Positions 40,358-51,407 of a stretch of 64,000 nucleotides of DNA are shown one piece after another. The notes under the pieces were generated by a model. The model searched no databases. It worked only from the letters and a program-made list of their open reading frames with translations, and was not told where the DNA came from. Both the position numbers and the translations under genes were made by a program. The stretch comes from Isurus oxyrinchus (taxonomy: Eukaryota): NCBI GenBank assembly GCA_026770705.1, contig JANJGN010000001.1, positions 194,184,001-194,248,000 on the forward strand. Direction: 5' to 3'. Within the stretch, counting starts at the first letter, position 1. Each line of letters opens with the position of its first letter.

Positions 40358-40573
40358 TGTTATGTTCAATTGTTCTATTACTCGGTTTTGATTGTGTTTG
40401 TCTGTTGACTGCCCACTTTGCTGTGTGCAGATAGTCAAGGCTATGGCTGTGGTTACAGAAAAACAGAAAGCAAACAGTAAGCTTGAGGCAACAGCTTTGA
40501 AATAAAGCTTCTGTTCACACATAGAACCTGGTGAGTCATCTCTGTATGCCTCTGAAGTACAAAACACAAAACA
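40358..40573 (+). mobile_element. 3' LTR of the Gypsy-like element
   Basis: Starts TGTTATG directly after the PPT, AATAAA at 40501, ends ...ACAAAACA. Confidence 0.65.
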
Positions 40574-40679
40574 GGGCTGAAAGCACCAAAGATGATGGTA
40601 TCATTTCTAAATCTTCTTCTCACATCCCACTTGCTCCTAATTCTACAATCTATCCTGATCAAAAAGCTACGGATTGCCT

Positions 40680-42600
40680 AAGCATGTAGCTCTTGCTTTC
40701 TCCACCTACCCTCACCACAGCCCTGCCCTTATGCCTTCTGCTTTCAGATGCCCAAGAACACTATCCTCATCAGGCTGTGGTGGAGAGCATCAGATGGATG
40801 AGCATGAACACAGGTATAATTCAGAAACACTATTATTCAATTTCACATGTGCAGTCACCAGCTCAAATAATGCAAGTACTTCAGACATAGCTTTGAGGCA
40901 AGGTAGGCAGGTGGTGAGACACTGGGTATGAGTGACCCGCAGCCAGGTGAGGCTTCAAGGATAGCACAGGTGCCCACTCATTGGAGGACTAAACTGTACA
41001 TGAATTCCACTGCAGAGGACTCAGGTGAACATGATAGGGTGTATACAGAATAAGTATGCAAGCTGAAATGGTTGGTGCGCTGGCAGCCTGACATAAAGCC
41101 TGCATGCAGTGTCAAGGACCATGGAAGAATCCAGCATCAACTTAGCATAGAGCTTTGCACAGTGCCTGGAAGCTACCCTTTCCAGCATAGAAATGGAGAC
41201 CAATTCTGTTAGTACACTTGTGAACCCAACCATGATGTAGTGTCTGATGGGTAATGTCTCAGCTTCCATTGCAACACAAGCAGAAGCCACCCAACAATTG
41301 GGTCGTGCAGTAGAAGCTCATATTTCTCATGCAATGTTAACTCGTTGCCATGCAAGCTCAGGCTGTTGCCATTGTGCTGCAGATAGCAATGTTCATAGGT
41401 GTATACAGAATCTTACAGTAGTCCATCAGTGTGACCACCAACAGGTTAATGGATTCCTGAGGCTCTGCCCTTGGGGAGTGGCAGCAACTCTGTGGAGAAA
41501 AAACTTGCTTTCATCTTCCTGGATGACAATATTCTTCCTCCCATTGCTGCCAAACTGCCAGCGCCCCTGCTCTGGCTAGTCAGCCAGCCAACCCAGAGTG
41601 CTGCCCATACTGAGTAGGTGCAGCCTAAAGCCAGGTCTACTCTGCTCAGGGCTGCTTGAGGTCATCCTGCAAAGCCATCGACAGTTTCCTCCAGTTAGTG
41701 TCAATACTGTTCCAAAGCCATGCTGCAACCACTGGGGGAGAACTGTTTTGGAACAATTGGACAGGCAAAGGCACACAGAGAATAGGCTCTAAGAAGATGC
41801 ACAAGGGGAATGTTGATATGCAATGTGGTATGTTTGATTTATACATTTGGAATGGTTATTTTTTTGATGACTTTTATTTTTGCATTGTAACCAAGCTGAT
41901 ACTGTGATGGTCAGCAACAGATGGAAGATAATGTGTAGGACAATGGGGAATTATGGTTACATTTGCTGGTATCAGGTAAATTGTTCATGGGCCATCTGGC
42001 CAGAAAGCTGTTCATGGGTCGTGCACAAGATTCAGCAATTGTGTGGTCAGATGATAATCCTGGTTACCCATTGTTGTTTGCTGGGGTGGCTTAAATGCAG
42101 AAGGCACAGCAGCCACAGAATGGAGGTATCATGATGGCTGCTAGGATACAGGGCATTGATCTGCATGCATCACTGCATTTGGTCTCACACCAGCTGGAGA
42201 TTGAGGGAGTAGACCCTTTTTCTATTTGTGGTGGCCAGTAGCAGCGTATGTGCCATCAATGGCAGCCTGCACCATGGGGAAGCCTGCAATCCTCACAAAC
42301 CCACATGCCTGCTCCACCTGCTCAGTTGCGTTGAAGGGTCATGAGGACTCGAAACGTCAACTCTTTTCTTCTCCACCGATGCTGCCAGACCTGCTGAGTT
42401 TTTCCAGGTAATTCTGTTTTTGTTTTGCCTGCTCCACCTGTTGCTCTCTGGCCAAAGAGAACAAAATATCAACTCTCTTTAAATAGAGAGTGTCAGTGAC
42501 GTTCCTTACAGTGAAAGACAAACTACAAGATGTTCAACTGCCTCCAGCTCCAGCCTAGAAAGAACCCAATGCATCACTGATGTCTCCTTCACAGCCACTG
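40680..42600. mobile_element. Old Harbinger remnant (Myb-partner 3' part on +, transposase fragments on -)
   Basis: Similarity to 3040-3640; - strand GFPMVQAAIDGTY..RKRVYSLNLQLV resembles the HARBI1 FP.V.GAIDCTH..RKG..SLNVQ motif. Confidence 0.6.
42321..42426 (+). mobile_element. ~105-bp Penelope-like hammerhead module with 14-15-bp TSD
   Basis: Flanked by (t)gcctgctccacctg at 42306-42320 and 42426-42440. Confidence 0.85.
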
Positions 42601-42677
42601 GCTGTGGTATAAAGCCAGGAAACACTGGAAATACTCAATAGGCCAGGCAGATCTGTGGAAAACGAAAAAGAGTTAAT

Positions 42678-43297
42678 GAGCAGGATTTTCAGGTCATTAG
42701 GCGGGCGCGGTGGGCGGGCCCGGGAGCAGACAGAAAATGGGCCTTCACCCGCGATTGGCCCCCGACCATGAAAGGCGCACTGAAAGGCTCAGCACTACTG
42801 GGGCAAGGGAGGGAGGAGGGCGAGTGCTGAAGTCAGCGTGGGCACGGTGGAGCACCCAGAGAGCTGAAGAATTTTAAAGACAAAAATAAGCGGGATGAAA
42901 TTCCGAACAAGTTTCGACTCACAAGAATCACTCACCTAAACTGACTGAACAAAAAATCTGCCCAAGCATTTTTATTTTGTTAAATTAACATTGGAAACCT
43001 CATCCCGCCCTTGGATGAGGTTTCCTCAAAAATCCAAAGACTACCTGGCCAATTCATCCTCCCGCCAACCATAATGTGGGATGGGCAACAGAAATTCCAA
43101 GTAATTTACAAACTAATGGCCTTAATAGGCCTCTTAATTGTTGGCGGGCTCGCTGCTGACTGTCGCGCGCGCCTGCCGACCGAAATATCTGCGCGAGTGC
43201 GTGATGACGTCGGGACATTCGCCCGACATCATCGCGCACTATTTTACGCCCAATTGGGTCAGGCATGCACTCGCCAGCAAGACATAAAATTCTGCCC
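42678..43297. mobile_element. CpG-rich Harbinger-type MITE, TSD AAT, inserted in a - strand Penelope-like hammerhead fragment
   Basis: TIRs GAGCAGGATTTT / GGGCAGAATTTT; removing it restores agagttaatgtttcaggtc..tcatcagaa. Confidence 0.8.
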
Positions 43298-44569
43298 AAT
43301 GTTTCAGGTCTGTGTCCTATCATCAGAATATCTCAGCAGTGACTACACTTCAAAAACTGCTTCATTGGTTGTAAAGCGCTTTGAGACATCCAGTGGTCCA
43401 GTGGGCTCATATTGTCCAACTTCTCGTTCCCTGAGTCCCATTCCAGGACACCGCCAATCACCTAACTTCTTCGTCTGACCTCATGTTAGCTGACATTGTA
43501 ACTGTTTCTTTCTCTTCAGCCGTTGTCCCTCCTTCCTTTAAATCAGCTGTCATAATTTTGCTCCTCATTAATCCAACCCTTGACCCCAATGTCTTTTGAA
43601 ACTACCATCCCACCTCCAACCTCCCTTCTCCAAAGTCTTTGAATATGTTGTCATCTCCCAAATGTCCTGATGGCCAAAAATGGATAAACTTCCATCCAAT
43701 TTTCCTGCTAAAAGGGGTTGCTGTAGTGCTTATCCTGTTCTATTGTATTGAAAGCAATGAGGAATTGCTCCTCCTGGTCTAGCCATCATAGGCTAAAAGT
43801 AACAGCTGATGAATTGGACATTTTAACATTGTACAGTGTGTATAAATTTACAGCTGGCATGAGTTAGCTCAGGTTGGGGGTGGGGTATAAATTCACTGTG
43901 TTGAAAGATTTTGAACGTTAATTGTTTTTGTTTAATCTATTTAACTGTTATTGTAGTATTGGCTACAGTGCCAGAATTGAATCTTTCTTTTTTGACTGTT
44001 TAATCTTAAAGTAAGCCTATTTTATCTCTGTTCACTTAATGGGAAGAAGTAGCTGGAAGGGTTTGGAACATGATCCCACATTCAAAGCATAAAACAAGTC
44101 CAGGACCTGGCAAATCTAAAGGGGACATTGTATCAGGAACTGGAGTTTGAGGAATCTATGTGACAGGTACTTCAATGGGAAGCCCTAAATCTGGAGAGGT
44201 CCAATTTATACATTGGATATCTTCCACAGAGAGTATGCAAAGTTATTACACAGTTATGTAGTATTACATTCCATTGCAGCACAGCCTTTTGGCCCAGCAT
44301 GTTCCCACTGATTTTAATGCTCCACATGAGCATCTTCCCACCCTTCTTCATTTAATTCCATCAACATATTCTATTCTGTCAATATATTCCTTTCTCCTCC
44401 TATGTTTATCTAACTTCCCTTTAATGTATTGATGCGAGTCACCTCAACTGCTCTGGTGGTAATGAGTTCCACAATCTAAATCCTCTCTGGATAAATGATG
44501 TTCACCTGAATTTTCATTGAATTTATCAGTGTATTAATTCCTTATATTCATTACCCCTAGTTCTAGTCT

Positions 44570-45362
44570 AGATGGAGTATAATGTGGAAAAATGCAAGGT
44601 TGCCCACTTTTACATGAAGAACATGAAAAGCAGAATATTATTTAAATGGAGAGAGACTGCAGAATGCTGGAGTACAGAAGGATCTGACTGTCCTTTTACA
44701 TGAATCAACAAAAATTAGTATGCAGGTACAGAAAGTAATAAGAAAGGCAAATGGAATGTTGGCCTTTACTGCAAAAGGGATGGAGTTTAAAGCAGGGAAG
44801 TTCTTGCTACAATTGTACAAGGCATTGGTGAGACACCACCAGTTTTGGTCTCCTTACTTAAGGACAGATACATTTGCATTGAAAGCAGTTCAGAGAGGGT
44901 TCACCAGGCTGATTGCTGGGATGAAGGGGTTGTCTTATAAGGAAAGATTGAGAAGGTTAAGTCTATACTGGCTAGAGTTTAAAATAATGAGATGTAATCT
45001 TATTAAAATATATAAGATTCTGCAGGGGCTTGATCATTAAATGCTGAGAGGAAGTTTCCCTTCATAGGGAACCTAGAAGTAGGGGGCACAGTTTAAAAAT
45101 AAAGAGTCTCCCGTTTAAGACAGACATGAGGAGGAATTTCTTCTCTCAGAGGGTTGTAGCTCTTTGGAATTTTCTCTTAAGAGAGCAGTGAAGGCCATTG
45201 AATATATTAAGACTGAGTTAGACACCCTTGGGTGTCAAGGGTTATTGAGAGCAGGCAGGAAAGTAAAGTCCATAATCATATTAGCCATTATCTTACTGAA
45301 TGGTGGAGTAGGCTCCATTTGCTGAATGGTCTACTTCTATTCCTACTTCTTATGATCATATG
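44570..45362 (+). mobile_element. CR1-type LINE 3' part nested in an older - strand CR1
   Basis: QVQKVIRKANGMLAF..LQLYKALVR..AVQRGFTRLI peptide; CR1 tail. Confidence 0.85.
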
Positions 45363-47139
45363 ATCCCCCCGCACATAGAAACATCATTTCCATATCTACT
45401 CATTAACCCTTTAATAGTCTTAAAAACCTCTATCAAGTGACCTCTCAGTCTTCTCTTTTCTACAGAAAAGAGCTGTAGGGCAATCTTTCACAATAGGCAT
45501 AAAGCATTTACAGACTAAATTAGTTGAAAACAATCCAGAATAAATATTCAAAGTTACATGGTTTACTTTGTGACTGTTGCTTAAAGTAAAACAATGGAAA
45601 GTTTTAAAGAACTGCAGACTGAATGTAAACTTGACTTCGCAACGATTTAAAGTTGCTAATGTTATTTAATTGACTTGCTTTAAGTCAGTCTTAGACATCA
45701 GCAATACAGACTAATATTAACAACTATATTTAATCCAATTTATAGCGAAGAGAAATAAGTAGAAATGGTTTAGGCCTCCTATTGCAAAACAAGTGCCAGT
45801 TACAGATGATAGATGATAAGTGGAACACTTGGCCGTCCTTGTGTATATTCTAAGCATATAAACTCCATAGGATGGTTGAGTGCAGAAAAGAATGTTTGAC
45901 TAAAGAAGAAAAAAATAACTTGTATTTATATATTATTGTCATCTTCACAGAATGCCTGAAAGTGATTTTGAATTCAGTGAACTAATTTTGTGGTGCGGTA
46001 ACTGTCAGCGAAAACATGGCTAATTTGTGCAGGGTAAGTCTTAAAAAGAAAGAAGGCGATAAATGTTGCTTAGGGGAGAAATATTGTCTAGAAGATTTCT
46101 ATCTCCTTCTAATAATGACAGAGGAGTTTTTATATCCACCTAAACAGACAGAAGTTGAGATAGAGGATAAGCCATGATCATATTGAATGGCGGTGCTGGC
46201 TTGAAGGGCCAAGTGACCTATTCCTGCTCCTATTTTCTATGTTTCTATGTTTCTATAAGGGACCTCAGTTCAATGCTTTGTTTTCTAATTGTACTACAAA
46301 TCCTGATGTTCAAATTTTGGGTTCATAAAAATATTGAAGGGAAGGAAACTTTCAATGTTGTAACTACAGATGATTATAGGCATAGATATACATTAATCTC
46401 TAATTCAGCATTTTGAATTCTGTAACAAATGAAACAATAGATAAGAGAACAAATTTTCTGATCAGAAATTTGGAATAAGTGTATTTCTGGTGTGTGGACC
46501 CCATGTTTAAAAACTGAAAGAAGGAATTATCTCTTACTAGTATGTTGAATGTCACACTTGTCAGTTTCTGAGAAGATATAGGCTGCAAAATTTGGCTCCT
46601 GAATGCCTGGTTTTCTGGCACAATGTTTGGGCTTCCAACTGATGTCTGCAGCATATAGGTACATAACTGGTGAGGGTGTTTGTGCACATGCACTAGAAGT
46701 ATGTGGAGCAGACTTATCATGACATCAAAGTGTGTATAATGGAGATTTGATACCAGTGCTGTCATTTCGGAGATCAATGGCTCCAGCTAATGTCTTCTCT
46801 TAAACATACACAGCTAAACACTAGTTCAGCAGCAGAAAGGACACCCCGCCAGTGCTATTTAAAGGGATTACAGGCTACTTACATGTAAATTGCTTATTGA
46901 TTTCTACTAACTGTTGCTGCGATTATCAAAATGTGTGGTGATTTCTAGAGTTTTTTAAAGTTGCTGAAGTATACCGGGAGTTGTCATGCTTCAGGGCATA
47001 GTTGTAACCTCAAGGCTACTGCACAAATCACTTGCTTCTAGACTTGTATGCAGGAGTATGCATTTCTCTTGGACAAAAGCATGACATTTAGAATGAGCTG
47101 AGGTAACAAAGAGCAGGACAAGTTACCTGAACAGGAAGA

Positions 47140-47472
47140 AAGAGGAGGAGAAGGATTCTTGGAAGGAGAACAAATCTACTCAGGGCAGCACAGAAGTAAA
47201 TTTTCCCACCTGGCCCTCATTGAGGAACAGTGCGTGAGACATCTACTCCACACTAAGAATGTCCTCACTGCCATCTGTCACAATTTGAACCTTGGAGCAG
47301 GGCAAGGATGTCATTGTCAATAACTGTATAGCTGTAAATCATGAACTTTTATGCATAGGGCTCCTTCTCAGTTGGTACAGGTGATATTTGCAAGAACTCC
47401 CAGTTTGCCATCCACTATTGCATAAGGCTCTAATTGCACTGAGGCTCTGTATTCAAAGAGAGGTGATTGCAT
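47140..47472 (+). pseudogene. HARBI1-like Harbinger transposase, N-terminal half
   Basis: FSHLALIEEQCVRHL..VLTAICH..MNFYA*GSFSVGTGDICKNSQFAIHYCIR..TEALYSKRGDCI; continues at 56657. Confidence 0.75.
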
Positions 47473-49658
47473 TGTGATGAACCCCAAAGTGAAAAAAAAC
47501 TTACCCTTCTAAATCGGAGTTCGGAGGCTGAAAACTCCAGTTCCCAATGGGCCTCTGGGTTTCTGCGCACATGCAGCTTTAGAGTGGCGGCACACGTGCA
47601 GTCTGTGTTTTTTTCCGGCCTCCGAGTTTTCTGCACATGCACTGGCCAAAGAATGACACACAGGGAGAAGGTCACAAACAAATAAGAAGGTCCCAAACCG
47701 GCGAGTGGGATAGAAAGCGGTCCCAAGTAGACAGTCTAGTTAAGGGACAAGGAAAGGAATCTGAAACAGGTCCTGTTAAGTGAAGTAAAAAGTAAGAAGC
47801 AGAAGAAAAGCCTCCAGATTAAAGAGACAGAGCTGCAAGGAGCAGACTTGGAATTAAGTGGGCTTGAGAGAAGCCAGAAGATCCAAGGAGACAGATGAAA
47901 GTTGGTGACTCTTTACTACGGGCCTTTGGAATGTGGTGTTCTGCTTGGCACAGCCAAAAATCTGACAGCGTGCATGGAAGATGAAGCTTGAATGCATCCA
48001 GAGGAAAGGAGCATCAGAAAGAGAGATTGAAATCCTGGAAGTTGATCCTAATTGAAGATATCCGAGTGATAGCCTCGTTTGGGAAAGAATGTCAAGGTGA
48101 ATTCCTCAAGCATGGAAATTGGAACCCCGCTTAAGAAAGACAGAGGGAGAAATTTGTTGTTGGATGTCATGGCAGGTGCGAGCGGACAATATGGAGAGAA
48201 GGCCAAAAATCGGTTCCACAACATCGTGAAACAAGTTTGCAATTGTCCACTCTGCCCATCAATGGCAGGCGGCATTTCCCACCGCCGGACATCGGGAAAG
48301 TCATTTTAATACATCTGTATGCCATTATTAGCCCAGCTCACCAGCTCCCCACGCTGGATCATCCGGGCACGCCAACATGTTTCACAACAGCGTTTCAAAG
48401 GCTTGCACTGAGCGAGAAGAACTTTGTGGGGAATTCAGAGGTGAGTGCTCAGTAACATTATGCAGTGCTCGTGAGGTTTGCCCGTTTGACTTCAAGGTTG
48501 AGGCGCCACAAATTCAAGTGAGGGCGCAGGCAAGTGGCCTATTCCCAGCTGGCTGAATGTTTCCCAGTGTTGTGCCAGGGCAAGGGCTGCAGTGCAGGTA
48601 TGGCGAGTTGCGGGGTCGAGGCAGCATGCTGTGAGGCAGGTTGGGAGGGGGGAGTGCAAGGGCTGCACTGCATCTGAGGCCAATTGCAGGGGCAAGGCAG
48701 TGCAGTCTGATGGTAGTGCACAAGCACTACAGTTTTCAAGGGGTGGGGGGGGGTGGTGGGGGGGTTGGTGGGGGGTGGGGGAGGTGGCAGGGAGGGAAGC
48801 AGCCACACAGTAGGGATACCTTGGAGGGACATTTTTTAAATGAAGCCTCCACACTGTCCGCACTCTTTTTTAAAAATTAAGTCTCCACACTGAGGATGTG
48901 GCTGCTGACACTCAAGCGGCGGCCTCAGATTGCAACAAGAGAAGGTAAAATGAGGGTCATGCTGCAACTCACACTTTGGTGGAACAAACCACTGGGATGT
49001 TGAAAATGAGGTTCTGCTGCCTGGACTGATTTGGTGGGGCCCTGCAACACAGTGCACAGAGGGTATCATACATCACTGTCACCTGCTACACCCTTCACAA
49101 CCTGGCATTACAACAGAGAGAGGAGCCATTTGAGGAGGAGATGCAGGAGCTGGAGGTCTCCTCCAATGAGGAGGACATTAACGGGGATGAGGGTGAGGAG
49201 GTCCTCGATGGTGAGGATGATGCCAATGAAGCCATTGTACTACCCAGGTGTGGCAGGTGCGTCCGGGAGCTCCTATTTGTGGAAGTTGATGATGATATGC
49301 AGTGAGGAGGCTCAATAAGTCCTCACAATGCATCTGACAATGTTTGACTCCAGTCTGGCTTATGGCATCACACATACCCTCTGTGATAACGGCCCCATCA
49401 TGGAGACACAGCAATTGCCCATAGTTCTTGCATTTCAGGAGGATGATGATGACATGCAACAGGGACACTCCATAGATCCTCACACAGCTCATGTGAATGT
49501 CTGACTCCTGTCTGGCTGATGGCAGCTCACTTGTGCTCTGTGAACAGGGTCATATCATGGAGATGCAGCAGGAAATTTCAACTTCTCCTGATCCTATGGC
49601 ATCCTTCATGAGCTGAACACTTCAGGACCACACTGTCACCTGGCACAGATGTTGATGA

Positions 49659-50427
49659 TAAAAACAAAAAACTGCGGATGCTGGAAATCCAAAACAAAAA
49701 CAGAATTACCTGGAAAAACTCAGCAGGTCTGGCAGCATCGGCGGAGAAGAGTTGAAGTTTCAAGTCCTCATGACCCTTCCACAGAACTGCGTAGAGTTCT
49801 GTCGAAGGGTCATGAGGACTCGAAACGTCAACTCTTTTCTTCTTCGCCGATGCTGCCAGACCTGCTGAGTTTTTCCAGGTAATTCTGGTTTTGTTTTGGA
49901 TTTTCAGCATCCTCAGTTTTTTGTTTTTATCTCTGTGATTCTCCTTCCGATGGATACTCGAAGGCTCCTCACTGACCCCTTTTGGAGAAGGGGAAGTTAG
50001 AGTGAGATTGTGTTGTCTCACACCCCTCTCATGTCTACACTGTTGGAGGCCAACTATGGCGTCAGTGATGAAGTTCAGCCTGTGCAATAGTGCACTGATG
50101 TCCTGGACCAAGGTTCTCCATGGTGGCCGCCATCCTACTAGTGGTGGCCTTGGTGCATTGCATGATGGTGCGATCATTTTGGACTGAAAGCAGGCGAACT
50201 CCTCCACAATGCCTAGCAATCTGAGGACTGCAGTTGTCATCCCTTCCTGCTTTGTTTAAAATTAATTCACGGGATGTGAGCATCACTGGCTGGACCAGTA
50301 TTTATTGCCCATCCCTAGTTGCCCTTGAGAAGGTGGCGGTAAGTGGCCTTTTTGAACTGCTGCAGTCCATGCGCTGCCACTCCTCTTCAAGAAATGCCTA
50401 CCTTGAAGAAGTTTTGTTCCTCTCTGC
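49659..50427. mobile_element. Penelope-like palindromic hammerhead insertion with 15-bp TSD and a captured local segment
   Basis: TSD cacagatgttgatga at 49644-49658 and 50428-50442; ~130-bp inverted arms around 49789-49794. Confidence 0.85.
49793..49835 (+). ncRNA. Putative minimal type-I hammerhead ribozyme, A6U core variant
   Basis: AGAGTT-CTGTCGA-A-GGGTC-ATGAG-GACTC-GAAAC-GTC-AACTCT: 6-bp stem I, 5-bp stem II, palindromic ACGT stem III; activity untested. Confidence 0.55.
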
Positions 50428-51407
50428 CACAGATGTTGATGAGATGGGGGGGCCAGCCACACCTCAGAGATGCAAAGAGCTCACACAGAGAGAATGACAG
50501 ACTCTGTGCCGCCGGCCCAAGACATTCTGGCAGCAATGATAAGCCCCATCAAGGTGCAGGCATGACTGATGTGTCCAGTGACTGTGAAGGCGCACCATCA
50601 GTGTGTTGGGAAGGCTGCACAAAGCACAGGGAAGAAGCCCTGGACTGGGACACCTGCCTTTATCTAGTGCAGGGTCCATGGTTTCATGTCAGAGTGCCAC
50701 AAATACTGTTCATCAGTACAAGGAGCCATAGGCAAGGAGAAATTCTTGGGAGCTTATTTACAAGTGATTAACTCCCGTGCCCAGGCTGTGCAACCACATC
50801 TTCTTAAACTTCCTTGCCTTCCTATGTCTTGGTGTTCCCCGGACATCCACAATGGAATTGGAGGCCGCCTGCTGACTGTGACGCCCCGTCTGTGATGACC
50901 TTGGCGGGCATCTTCTGAAGGGCTGAAGCCTGGAGGGCCCCAGCCTGCTTTCGGTGCCCTGTTATGTGACAGTGGCACCCTTTTCAGCCTGTGAAGCTGG
51001 AGCTGCTGGCATCACAGGAAGAGGGGATTCGGATGAATTTGAATGGGCTGGACACTCTCTGAGTCACCTGAATGGATGGCCCTGTGATGTGTACCTGCTG
51101 ATTCTCCTTCCTATGGATACTTGAAGGCTCCTGACTGACCCCTTTTGGAGAAGGGGAAGTTAGAGTGAGATTGTGTTGCCTTACACCCCTCTCATGTCTA
51201 CACTGTTGGAGGCCAACTATGGCGATGAAGTTCAGCCTGTGCAATAGTGCACTGATGTCCTGGACCAAGGTTCTCCATGGTGGCTGCCATCCTACTAGTG
51301 GTGACCTTGGTGCATTGCATGATGGTGCGATCACTTCGGACTGAAAGCAGGCGGACTCCTCCATCATGCCTAGCAATCTGAGGACTGCAGTTGTCATCCC
51401 TTTCTGC

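Noticed and set aside
43011-43478. CpG-rich region with ORFs resembling a CpG-island promoter
   Set aside because: The CpG-rich part lies in a TIR/TSD-bounded MITE
48735-48800. G-rich tract (also C-rich tracts at ~54010 and ~54440), potential G-quadruplex
   Set aside because: Low-complexity tracts internal to repeats
49578-50240. 220-aa minus-strand ORF
   Set aside because: Chance read-through of Harbinger, captured and Penelope palindrome sequence
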